Part shown: piece by piece, positions 27,994 to 36,252 of the stretch | Layout of the letters: each line of letters begins with the position of its first letter | Numbering within the stretch: the first letter of the stretch is position 1 | Source of the DNA: an uncultured Clostridia bacterium | GTDB lineage: Bacteria; Bacillota; Clostridia; Christensenellales; UBA1242 | Assembly (NCBI GenBank): GCA_944383255.1 | Contig: CALWOY010000041.1 | Span: forward strand, 1 to 55,200 | Direction: 5' to 3' | Length of the DNA: 55,200 bases | The notes under the pieces: model-generated | What the model was told of the DNA's origin: nothing | Databases searched by the model: none | The model's input: the letters and a program-made list of their open reading frames with translations, nothing else | Program-made: the position numbers and the translations under genes

Positions 27994-28156
27994 TCATTCT
28001 GAGGCTTTTGTGTTTTGTCATTCTGAGCCTTACCCTCTGTCATTCTGAGCGTTAGCGAAGAATCTCAAAGATGTCTCACTTCGCTCGACAAGACACGGAG
28101 AGTGTTCGACACAACACATTATAGTGTCATTCTGAGCGTTAGCGAAGAATCTCAAA
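27994..28156. repeat. Second REP-like cluster forming the 5' UTR of the downstream secreted-protein gene
   Basis: Half units at 27994-28006 and 28016-28030. Identical 32-nt units TGTCATTCTGAGCGTTAGCGAAGAATCTCAAA at 28038-28069 and 28125-28156. A degenerate inverted unit lies at 28069-28095. Confidence 0.8.
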
Positions 28157-28171
28157 AAAAGGAGTAATGAA

Positions 28172-29629
28172 ATGAAAAGTAAAAGATTAAAATTACTACT
28201 TAGTTTATCTTGTTTTATGTTTTGTGTAGTGGCATTATGCTTTGGAGTATACGCAGCGACCACTGCAACGCTTACAATAAGCGGAACAATAACATTTGAG
28301 CCATACAAAATGTATGTAAATAGTATTAAGATAAATAGTATAGACGAAAATGGTTATGTAAGTAATGAAAATCTTAGTGGGTTTAATGGTTTATACTTAA
28401 ATGATTCCAGTGGACTAAGTACAATAGACTTAGGGACACAAACAGTATCTCAATCAGGGGGATTAGAGATAGAGATAAAATTTACATCTTTAGATACAAC
28501 CAAATATCAAAAGGTGACGTTTTCCTACACACAGCCAGAAGGGTATGAAGTAAGAAGCACTTCCACAATACTAAAGCCAAATCCGCAAAATCTAATACAA
28601 GGGGATGCAACAGGCACATTCAAGATATATATATCAAGCGAAACTACAACAAACCTAGATATATCTACATTAAACCTAAATATAGGGTTTGAAGATTATG
28701 GTACAAGTTTACTTCAACATGATACAACAAATGATTATTATGTAGAAATGGGGACAATACCGAATCAAATAAGCGGTACAAACTATGAAAGTGAATATAT
28801 TCGCTGGAAACTCATTGGAACACAAACAGCGGAAGCAACATCCACATCAGCATCGCAATACGCACGTTTTGATGGTACATCTGCACCATCATCTGGTACA
28901 ACAGGAGTGTTTATTCTTGAAACAAATACATTGCTTGAAAGAGATGACGGAACAGGGTATTCACTAAATGAAGTAACATTTAATCATAGTTTTCAAGGAC
29001 ATGGGAGTATGGCTAATTATTATCACTCGGGTGATGAGTGGGAAGAATATGACATACTAGCCAATGATTATGCAACAAGTACAGTCCGTCAATATATAAA
29101 TGGAAAAAACAATGTATACAAAGCAGCCACATACACATCAGCCTCAGGGAATACATCAAGCTCTGTACCAAACGAAACATCTGAGTATTCCAATATGTAC
29201 ACGGACTTTTGTATAGATACAGAGAATGATATAATATACAAGGCAATAATAGGAAGAAGTCTTCAAGATTTATATTTAGGAAACGGTGGTGGTTCTTACA
29301 ATGGACAGCCTGTAGATTTTCCAGAGCAATTGACCACATTAAATAAAGAGTGGTATACATCTTCTACAATTGATAAATTTTGGCTTTTATCTTATTATGA
29401 GGCATATTCACTCTTTTTAGCCAATACTGGTGGCTTACAAGGACAGGCAGACTCAGCTGAGAGGGAATGGCCAAATGGGGCAACTAATTATTATTGGCTG
29501 CGATCTCCTTATGTTGGGAGGAATAGCTATGCATATGCTGTGGGTCCTGAGGGCAATCTCCATAATCTTATGTGTAATGTGCATTTGAGCAGCATTGCCG
29601 CACGCGCTGCTTTCATTTTGTCTATTTAA
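28172..29629 (+). CDS. Secreted two-module protein: N-terminal beta-rich module plus C-terminal DUF6273-like domain
   Basis: 485 aa with a GGAG RBS. The signal peptide ends CFGVYA-ATT. C-terminal hallmarks are IRWKLIG, TVRQYING, KFWLLSYYEA, YYWLRSP and ARAAFIL. Confidence 0.8.
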   Translation: MKSKRLKLLLSLSCFMFCVVALCFGVYAATTATLTISGTITFEPYKMYVNSIKINSIDENGYVSNENLSGFNGLYLNDSSGLSTIDLGTQTVSQSGGLEIEIKFTSLDTTKYQKVTFSYTQPEGYEVRSTSTILKPNPQNLIQGDATGTFKIYISSETTTNLDISTLNLNIGFEDYGTSLLQHDTTNDYYVEMGTIPNQISGTNYESEYIRWKLIGTQTAEATSTSASQYARFDGTSAPSSGTTGVFILETNTLLERDDGTGYSLNEVTFNHSFQGHGSMANYYHSGDEWEEYDILANDYATSTVRQYINGKNNVYKAATYTSASGNTSSSVPNETSEYSNMYTDFCIDTENDIIYKAIIGRSLQDLYLGNGGGSYNGQPVDFPEQLTTLNKEWYTSSTIDKFWLLSYYEAYSLFLANTGGLQGQADSAEREWPNGATNYYWLRSPYVGRNSYAYAVGPEGNLHNLMCNVHLSSIAARAAFILSI

Positions 29630-29630
29630 T

Positions 29631-29661
29631 AAAAAAAATTGCTCACATTTGAGCAATTTTT
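29631..29661. terminator. Bidirectional terminator between convergent genes
   Basis: A8-TTGCTCA-catt-TGAGCAA-T5. Confidence 0.65.
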
Positions 29662-29677
29662 ATGTATAATATTTAAA

Positions 29678-29875
29678 TTATTTATTTTCTTCATTTAGTT
29701 TTTTTAACACAAAGTCAAGATCAAGTCCGTGTGCCATACAAGCCTCTTCTAGTGTTTCCATTTGGCTTAGTGGACAAGTAAAACAGTGCATTCCAAAACC
29801 TGCCAAAACATCTAATAGGTCCTCGTTATAGTTTGCAATGTCAAGTATTGTCCAATCTTTAGTTATTTCTTCCAT
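29678..29875 (-). CDS. DUF1858 / hybrid-cluster-protein-associated redox disulfide family protein
   Basis: 65 aa. GMHCFTCPLSQMETLEEACMAHGLD fits the family pattern. Confidence 0.75.
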   Translation of the reverse strand: MEEITKDWTILDIANYNEDLLDVLAGFGMHCFTCPLSQMETLEEACMAHGLDLDFVLKKLNEENK

Positions 29876-29915
29876 AATTCTACTCCTTTTATTGTTGTTT
29901 TTTATACTATCTATT

Positions 29916-29997
29916 GAGATCCTTCGTCAGCCGTCAAAAAAGCAATTCTCAGGATGGTACTAAGGGACTTGTCATTCTGAGTGAAGCGAAAATCTCG
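29916..29997. repeat. Pair of REP-like units (one inverted, one direct)
   Basis: 29916-29958, GAGATCCTTCGTCAGCCGTCAAAAAAGCAATTCTCAGGATG, is near-identical to 27477-27517. 29970-29997 is TGTCATTCTGAGTGAAGCGAAAATCTCG. The pair abuts the stop codon of the HD gene. Confidence 0.75.
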
Positions 29998-29999
29998 AT

Positions 30000-30593
30000 T
30001 TATCTTATCTCTTCATCTAAATATGTTGCCATATTGTCGGCTAGGTGAGTTAAAAATGAATGAGGGAATTTATAGTAAATGTCGCTTAAACTTACTCCGC
30101 CTTTTGCTCGCACATCATATTCACCCATATGCCAATTTATGCACATTGCTTCTTCGCGTGTAAGGCGCATAAAACCATTTATTATATATACAGATTTTTC
30201 ACCATGACCATAGGGCAGTTTGTCATTTGTGGTATAGTATGGAACTTGTGTCCAAACTCCATTTTGTTTTACATTTTTTACATCTTCTACATATGTATCA
30301 ACTTTACAAATATCGTGAAATAGTGCCACAATGGTTGCACTTTCAAGTGAAAAATGTTGTTGCCACTCTTCGCCATATTCGCCCTTTAAAAGTTTTACAA
30401 GCCTTTCAAATACATTTAAACTATGTTTGCAAAGCCCACCGGGATAGTTAGAGTGATATCTTGTTGATGCTGGAGCGGTGAAAAAGTCTGTTTTTTGCAA
30501 ATATTCCATAAGTGAATCAATGCCTTCACGCTTAATGTTACTTTTTACCAAATCTAAAAATATATTTTTGTTATCTTCAATTACTTCATCCAT
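30000..30593 (-). CDS. HD-domain metal-dependent phosphohydrolase
   Basis: 197 aa. RYHSNYPGGLCKHS and ALFHDICK form the His...His-Asp motif. Confidence 0.8.
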   Translation of the reverse strand: MDEVIEDNKNIFLDLVKSNIKREGIDSLMEYLQKTDFFTAPASTRYHSNYPGGLCKHSLNVFERLVKLLKGEYGEEWQQHFSLESATIVALFHDICKVDTYVEDVKNVKQNGVWTQVPYYTTNDKLPYGHGEKSVYIINGFMRLTREEAMCINWHMGEYDVRAKGGVSLSDIYYKFPHSFLTHLADNMATYLDEEIR

Positions 30594-30663
30594 ATTTTAT
30601 CTCCGCAGGTATTTTAGCATAAAAACAATCAACAAACAACATTTTGGCATATAAATAATACAT

Positions 30664-30819
30664 ATGAAAAATAAAGATGTGGAAGAAATAATTACACTTG
30701 CGACAATTTTTTCCACATCTCTTTCCAAAAATTGCACAAAGGAACAACTAATAGAGTACAAAATATTTTTTCAAACAGTCACAAACAATATTATAAATAT
30801 TCTTTCTAGCAAAAAATAG
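30664..30819 (+). CDS. Possible 51-aa small helical protein (below the ORF-track cutoff)
   Basis: ATG 30664 to TAG 30817-30819, MKNKDVEEIITLATIFSTSLSKNCTKEQLIEYKIFFQTVTNNIINILSSKK. It resembles a small two-helix protein pattern I recall from Clostridia. No clear RBS. Confidence 0.35.
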   Translation: MKNKDVEEIITLATIFSTSLSKNCTKEQLIEYKIFFQTVTNNIINILSSKK

Positions 30820-30839
30820 CCACCTTGACATTGTTTATA

Positions 30840-31757
30840 TTATTTTTTAAGTCTAAGGTCACTATTTTCAACATTGATTACAAGTGAAGTGCTTTGGCTT
30901 AAGAGTCTTGAAAAAACTCTGTCGCCATAGTAGTCTTGAATTTGTTTAGGAGTTAGGTTAGTAGAAATAACAGTTTTTTTATTATCTCTCATCCTTTCAG
31001 AAAGTACATTATAAATGCCTTCAACCGTTACATTTTTGAGTATTGGTTCTGTTCCAAGGTCGTCAACGAAAAGATAATCTGGTTCAATTAGCATACTTAA
31101 ATATTGACCTTTTGTTTCGTCAAAAGTTGTGTGATACTTTAATAGATTTTCATTCAACTCAAACGCCGAAGTAAAATATACAAGCGTTTCTTTGTTAATA
31201 AGGTCATTTGCCATACATTCCATAATGTATGTTTTGCCGGCACCAGTTTTGCCAATTAAAAGCACATTGTTATATGAGTTTTCTTTATCGCACCAATTTT
31301 TTAAAATGTCATAAATCTTTTTTGTTTTGCTTGGGTCATCAAAAATTTCAAAGTCACATTTTTCAAAACATTTTTTATCTTTACCAAGCCCGCTTTTTTC
31401 GTATAAAATTAAATTTATTTCATGCTTTAAACAAGAACACATCTCGCCATTTACATATCCCGTATCGTTGCATTTTGTGCAAGTGTAGTGAGGGGTGATA
31501 GCCTTGACATCAATTTTTATCTTCTTTAATATGTCATCCTGTGTTCTTAAAAGAATTTCGATGTCATATTTTGGTTTTTCACCATATACTTCGGCTCTTG
31601 CATTTTGAATTTCGGCTTGTTTAATGTTTTTGAAATTGTTTTTAAACTCTTCGCTTGCCATTGCTTTTTCAAAAAAACTGTATGCAAGGGCTTCGGCGCT
31701 TGTGCGTCTTGCTTTAATTTTGTCTAATGCAGATTGTACAATTTGTTTGTTTAACAT
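30840..31757 (-). CDS. dnaI: DnaC/DnaI-type helicase loader ATPase
   Basis: Start moved to MLNKQIVQ (GGAG RBS). Cys-rich Zn module CTKCNDTGYVNGEMCSC, Walker A GKTGAGKTY and Walker B LFVDDLG are present. Confidence 0.85.
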   Translation of the reverse strand: MLNKQIVQSALDKIKARRTSAEALAYSFFEKAMASEEFKNNFKNIKQAEIQNARAEVYGEKPKYDIEILLRTQDDILKKIKIDVKAITPHYTCTKCNDTGYVNGEMCSCLKHEINLILYEKSGLGKDKKCFEKCDFEIFDDPSKTKKIYDILKNWCDKENSYNNVLLIGKTGAGKTYIMECMANDLINKETLVYFTSAFELNENLLKYHTTFDETKGQYLSMLIEPDYLFVDDLGTEPILKNVTVEGIYNVLSERMRDNKKTVISTNLTPKQIQDYYGDRVFSRLLSQSTSLVINVENSDLRLKK

Positions 31758-31758
31758 A

Positions 31759-33201
31759 TTATATCTCCACTTCGTCAAGATTTGTGAATAGTGAGTTTAT
31801 TTCGCTTGCTGTATATTCACGATTATCATAGTTGCGTTTTGGTTGTGTGGTTTTAACTTGTTTAGGGGCATTGTTTTTTGCTTCTTCCGCCGATTTTATT
31901 CCATTTTTATTCCATGACAAAATAAGTTTGTTTGCAAATGCTAATGCTTTTGGTTTGTCCTTTGCAATTTCCAAGGCATAGTCAATAACATCGTCGCCAA
32001 TGTTCAATTTGCTCCAGTTGTTATAAATTTCTCTATCAAAATTGTTGACATTGCGGTCGCTTCCAAGTTTTTTCAAAATATCTTTAATTTTATTTTCCGT
32101 GTCCAAAACATCTTCAAAATAGTTATTTAATGCTTCGGTGGTGACGATACCAAGTTTGAAAAATTTTAAAATTTGTTTGTCCATATATTCAAGTGTTCGC
32201 ACTGAATTTTTAAAGCAATAGTTGCTAATTAGTAGCAGGGTGTCATCATCAAAACCCATGTTCTCCCAAACACTTACATAGTTTTCAACAACAGGCTCAA
32301 CATTTTCATAGTATACGCCAAGATTTTTGCATATATTTTTTGCAAGTTCATAAAGGCGTGTTTTTGTGCTTTCATATTGCTCAATGTCCATAATGTCAAA
32401 AAGTCGCATTGTGAAATATTTTTCCAAAATTACATCCAAATATCTAAAATTGACTGAATTTTTGGACTTTTTTTGTGTTTTTGCTACATAGTTTATGACA
32501 TTTGGCTTGAAACCCATATTAAGCCACTTTTTGAATAGGTCTTTTTCAAATGTGTCAAGAGCACGTTTTATACCCATAGTTTTTGTTAATATTGCAATAT
32601 CTTCACTGTCTTTTTGATAATCAAGAAGTTTTTCTTCCACTGCTTTGGCGGTAGTTACGCTTTCCTGTGCCCAATTCTTTGCAACGGTGAGTATGTAAGA
32701 ATATCCAACATTGTCACCTTTAAGGTCAACACAATATTTTATTATCATAATAAGTGCACTAGGTTCAATTTTCAAACTCTCCATAGTGGCATAATACTCA
32801 TAATACTCATTTGGAGTTATCATTCTACCACTTAGTATTTCTTGTGCCTGCAAATTAAAGGAGTTATATTTCCCGTCTTTTATTTTTGGATGTTTTATAT
32901 TTGCATTTTTTACAGGTAAAAACCTCACTTCAAAGGGTATTGTGTCCAATATTTGTACAAGCCCTTTATCTTGCCAATAAATAAACGCACTTTCAATATC
33001 TTCAGGCGTCATATTTAATGTTTTGGCAAATTCTTCTATCGTATTGTGTGCTGGATTTGCCACTGTGCAAGCAAAAAGTCCATAAAGATACACCTTTACA
33101 CATTCGGCAGGCGCCGAAGGCATAAAAGAAGTAATGAACATATTGTCCACTGCGGTTTGGTTTTCTGCAATCAGTTGTGATGAAAAACTACAAAAACTCA
33201 T
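31759..33201 (-). CDS. DnaD-domain replication initiation/membrane attachment protein (Bacillus DnaB type)
   Basis: Start moved to MSFCSFSS (GAGGA RBS). About 480 aa with repeated DnaD/DnaB_2-like segments. Sits immediately upstream of, and is coupled to, dnaI. Confidence 0.75.
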   Translation of the reverse strand: MSFCSFSSQLIAENQTAVDNMFITSFMPSAPAECVKVYLYGLFACTVANPAHNTIEEFAKTLNMTPEDIESAFIYWQDKGLVQILDTIPFEVRFLPVKNANIKHPKIKDGKYNSFNLQAQEILSGRMITPNEYYEYYATMESLKIEPSALIMIIKYCVDLKGDNVGYSYILTVAKNWAQESVTTAKAVEEKLLDYQKDSEDIAILTKTMGIKRALDTFEKDLFKKWLNMGFKPNVINYVAKTQKKSKNSVNFRYLDVILEKYFTMRLFDIMDIEQYESTKTRLYELAKNICKNLGVYYENVEPVVENYVSVWENMGFDDDTLLLISNYCFKNSVRTLEYMDKQILKFFKLGIVTTEALNNYFEDVLDTENKIKDILKKLGSDRNVNNFDREIYNNWSKLNIGDDVIDYALEIAKDKPKALAFANKLILSWNKNGIKSAEEAKNNAPKQVKTTQPKRNYDNREYTASEINSLFTNLDEVEI

Positions 33202-33354
33202 ATTTTCCTCAAGTGTAACTATAACACAAAATTTTACTTTTATCAACAATAGACTACATCTTTTTGATAGTCATTTAGAGCGAAGCGAGAAATCTCCTAT
33301 ATTCTCATTCATAGTTTCATTTTTTAGGCATAGATATATTTTAGTGAGGAAAAT

Positions 33355-34824
33355 ATGAAAAAAATAGCATTCTTACTTGTAGCCATTTTTTGCTCTTTTG
33401 CTTTTGTCGGCTGTGGCAGTTCATATAAGTATGTCGAAAACTTAACATCATACGATATGGACATACTCTACGACGACACGGCACATACATTAACTATCAA
33501 CCAGACAACCGATTATGTAAACACTTCAAACAACACACTTTCTTATGTCAAATTTCATTTATATCCAAATGCATTTCGCGAAGGGGCAACTGCAAAAGTT
33601 GTAAGTGTGCAAAATAGTGAACTTGCTTATCCAAACGGTGAGAGTTATGGGGATATTGAGATAAATTCTGTTACTATTTCAGACGCAGATGCAAACTTTG
33701 AAGTCGGTGGTGAAGATGAAAATATTTTATCTGTTAATCTTGAAAACGAACTTTATCCTGATGATAGAGTTGTAATAAATTTTGAATATGTTGTCACACT
33801 TGCAAATATTAACCATAGACTTGGCTATGGTGAAAATGCTGTAAACTTATGTAATTTTTATCCAGTTGCTTGTATGTATGAAGGTGACGATTTTGTATGT
33901 GACCTATATAACTCAAATGGTGACCCATTTTATAGTAGTGTAGCCGATTACGATGTCAAAATTGTCTATCCAAATGCCTACACGTTGGCTAGCACTGGCA
34001 ATCAAACAACTGAAAATTTTGAGCAGGTGAAAGAAACCACAATTTCAGCGGACTGTGTTCGAGATTTTGGTATGGTGCTTTCAAAAAATTTTGAACAAAA
34101 AAATAAAATATATGACGATAGAGTGGCATTAAATTACTATTTTTACGACGATGAAAATAGTGACCAAACACTTGAACTTGTGGAAAAGGTTATGACATTT
34201 TTTGAAGAAAAAATCGGAGAATATCCATACTCACAAATAAGCGTCGTCAAAACAAACTTTGTGCATGGCGGAATGGAATATCCAAATATGGTGCTTATCT
34301 CTGATGATGTGGCTGACTATGAAACATATGAACTTGTAATTATTCACGAACTTTTACATCAATGGTGGTATGGAGTTGTTGGAAATAACCAGTTTGACTA
34401 TGGCTGGATGGATGAAGGCTTGACAGAGTTTTGTACAGTTTACTTTTTTGAAAAACATCCTGAGTACAATAGAACAATGTCCGAAATGATATCAAGTGCA
34501 ACACAAAGTTACAAGACTTTTGCACGTGTCTATGAGTCAGTGCAGGGCAGTGTGGATACAAGTATGAACCGCCCACTTGACGAATTTTCCACTGAGCCAG
34601 AGTATGTATACAACACCTATGTCAAAGGCACACTAATGTTTTCCACTATCTATGACCTTGTTGGTGAAAATAAATTTATTGATGCATTAAAATATTATTA
34701 TTCTCACAATCTCTATGGCATAGCAACACCAAGCACAGTTATTCAGTGCTTTTCACGTGGAAGTGGCAAAAATCTTGAAGGAATTTTCACAAGTTTTTTA
34801 GATGGAAAAGTTGTAATAAAATAG
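33355..34824 (+). CDS. M1-family (gluzincin) metallopeptidase lipoprotein
   Basis: 489 aa. Lipobox-like signal AFVGC-GSS. HELLHQWWYG...WMDEGLTEF gives the HExxH-18-E arrangement. Confidence 0.85.
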   Translation: MKKIAFLLVAIFCSFAFVGCGSSYKYVENLTSYDMDILYDDTAHTLTINQTTDYVNTSNNTLSYVKFHLYPNAFREGATAKVVSVQNSELAYPNGESYGDIEINSVTISDADANFEVGGEDENILSVNLENELYPDDRVVINFEYVVTLANINHRLGYGENAVNLCNFYPVACMYEGDDFVCDLYNSNGDPFYSSVADYDVKIVYPNAYTLASTGNQTTENFEQVKETTISADCVRDFGMVLSKNFEQKNKIYDDRVALNYYFYDDENSDQTLELVEKVMTFFEEKIGEYPYSQISVVKTNFVHGGMEYPNMVLISDDVADYETYELVIIHELLHQWWYGVVGNNQFDYGWMDEGLTEFCTVYFFEKHPEYNRTMSEMISSATQSYKTFARVYESVQGSVDTSMNRPLDEFSTEPEYVYNTYVKGTLMFSTIYDLVGENKFIDALKYYYSHNLYGIATPSTVIQCFSRGSGKNLEGIFTSFLDGKVVIK

Positions 34825-34876
34825 ATGGCATAAACTATAACAAAGTTAAATAAACATAAAAAATAAAATCAAATTT

Positions 34877-35335
34877 CTAATACACCGCATCTGTAGTCGA
34901 ATATTCTTCAATCAAAAATGTGCCTGGACCATCGGCGGTCATCTCAATATCCATATGTGTGCGGAAAACACCAGTTTTGGTTGGTACAAATTTTTCTAAT
35001 TGGTCTATTAAGGCATTATAAATCTTTTCGGCAAGTTCTGGTTTTGCCGAGTGTGTAAAGTCAGGGCGATTTGCACCTTTTGTTCTGCCATACAATGTAA
35101 AGTTACTGACAAGCATAATTTCACCGCCAATTTTTTGAATATCTAAATTCATCTTATCGTTTTGGTCACGAAAAACACGAAGTTTCAATATTCTTTGTGC
35201 AAAGTGTGAAACCATTTCAAGTGTGTCCGTTTCGTGAACACCAAAAAGCACCAAAAAGCCATTATCTATATGACTAAAAAGTTTACCTTCACTATATAAG
35301 GTACAGTTTTTAACTTTCTCAACAATCGCTCTCAT
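34877..35335 (-). CDS. dtd: D-aminoacyl-tRNA deacylase
   Basis: 152 aa. MRAIVEKV..., SNFTLYG and a C-terminal DGPGTF are characteristic. Confidence 0.9.
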   Translation of the reverse strand: MRAIVEKVKNCTLYSEGKLFSHIDNGFLVLFGVHETDTLEMVSHFAQRILKLRVFRDQNDKMNLDIQKIGGEIMLVSNFTLYGRTKGANRPDFTHSAKPELAEKIYNALIDQLEKFVPTKTGVFRTHMDIEMTADGPGTFLIEEYSTTDAVY

Positions 35336-35724
35336 TTTATATCTCCTGCATCAAAACTGTTTGGTAGGAGATTTTTTAATGTATAAACTTTAAATGTATT
35401 TTCATCTTTTGCCAAAACAATTTCTATATCACCAAATTCACTTAAAACTTGTCTGCAAATTCCGCAAGGTGGGGTATATTCGCCACTGCTTGAAATAATT
35501 GCAACACAGGCAAAATCTTTTTCACCTTGTGATATTGCAGATGAAATAGCACTGCGTTCGGCACAAATTGTAGCGCCAAAACTTGCATTTTCAATATTTG
35601 TGCCAACAAAGTATTTTCCATTTTTTGTTAAAACACACGCACCAACTTTAAAGTGTGAGTATGGCGAATATGAGTTTTGCATACAAGTTTTTGCCAAACC
35701 TATCATTTTTTTGTAATCAATCAT
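35332..35724 (-). CDS. cdd: Cytidine deaminase
   Basis: 130 aa. CAERSAI and PCGICRQ zinc motifs. ATGA overlap with dtd. Confidence 0.92.
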   Translation of the reverse strand: MIDYKKMIGLAKTCMQNSYSPYSHFKVGACVLTKNGKYFVGTNIENASFGATICAERSAISSAISQGEKDFACVAIISSSGEYTPPCGICRQVLSEFGDIEIVLAKDENTFKVYTLKNLLPNSFDAGDIK

Positions 35725-35781
35725 AATTTATATTTTACACTACTGGGCATTTTTTAACAACTGTTTTGCTACATATTTAGT

Positions 35782-35829
35782 TGTCATTCTGAGCGTCTTT
35801 TGTCATTCTGAGCGTAAGCGAAGAATCTC
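35782..35829 (+). repeat. REP-like half unit plus full unit
   Basis: TGTCATTCTGAGCG (35782-35795) and TGTCATTCTGAGCGTAAGCGAAGAATCTC (35801-35829). Confidence 0.75.
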
Positions 35830-36008
35830 TTTTACTCAAGAAATCCAGCGGATTTCTTCCACAGAGTCACGGCATCGTCAGAACCTACGCTAATGGGCTA
35901 AAAATTGCTAAACGCAATTTGTATTGCCTTAATGCTTGGTTCTTCCTCTCCCCAAAAAGTTTCCGTAGGTACTTTTTGGGGGACCCCGAAAAAGTTAACG
36001 CAGTGCGG

Positions 36009-36134
36009 TTTTCGTTTGGCCGTGAGAAAGGGCACAAAACAAGCAACAAGCACTACATTTTGCAATGCTTTGCAAAATTGTGCCAAAAGCGCAGTTTTTG
36101 CCCAGTGTCATTCTGAGCGAAGCGAAGAATCTCA
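36009..36134 (+). repeat. Composite 126-nt repeat, copy A
   Basis: Shares with copy B TTTTCGTTTGG, an identical 37-nt core AAGCACTACATTTTGCAATGCTTTGCAAAATTGTGCC, GCAGTTTTTGCCCA, and a terminal REP unit TGTCATTCTGAGCGAAGCGAAGAATCTCA. Confidence 0.8.
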
Positions 36135-36182
36135 TCCTTTTATTGTCATGCTGACCACTGCCGAAAGTCTTTCTTAAAACAT

Positions 36183-36211
36183 TTGCCAAACATTTAATTT
36201 TATGCAATAAT
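36183..36211 (+). promoter_or_regulatory. Putative tyrS promoter
   Basis: TTGCCA (36183-36188), 17 nt, AATAAT (36206-36211), preceded by TGC (extended -10). Confidence 0.4.
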
Positions 36212-36252
36212 GTTGTCGTAATTATAAATGTTATTTAATAATAGGAGCAAAA

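Noticed and set aside
27316-28156. Possible CRISPR array, suggested by repeated roughly 30-nt units in a 1-kb non-coding region
   Set aside because: The units are irregularly spaced, some directly abutting. They occur in both orientations, vary in length through internal inserts, and are scattered at many other intergenic sites. No cas genes or leader are present. This fits a REP/MITE-like family, not CRISPR.
30000-33201. Prophage remnant, suggested by the DnaD-like, DnaC-like and HD-domain genes together
   Set aside because: Sizes and coupling match the chromosomal Firmicutes dnaB-dnaI helicase-loader pair. No capsid, terminase, integrase, repressor or lysis genes are nearby.
36071-36086. 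Sigma-54-like -24/-12 element (TGGCACAATTTTGCA on the minus strand) inside the composite repeats, also at 38928-38942
   Set aside because: The GG and GC dinucleotides are separated by 9 nt rather than the strictly required 10. No downstream gene is appropriately placed on the minus strand. No sigma-54 activator is visible.
35898-36207. Small ORFs in repeat regions that share peptides such as AQFCKALQNVVL, CHSERSEES and RFFASLRMT (also 38788-39028, 27861-28055, 28030-28308, 26998-27276)
   Set aside because: The similarity arises because they translate copies of the same DNA repeats. They overlap each other in several frames and strands, lack an RBS, and sit on hairpin- or terminator-like sequence. 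I treated them as non-coding.
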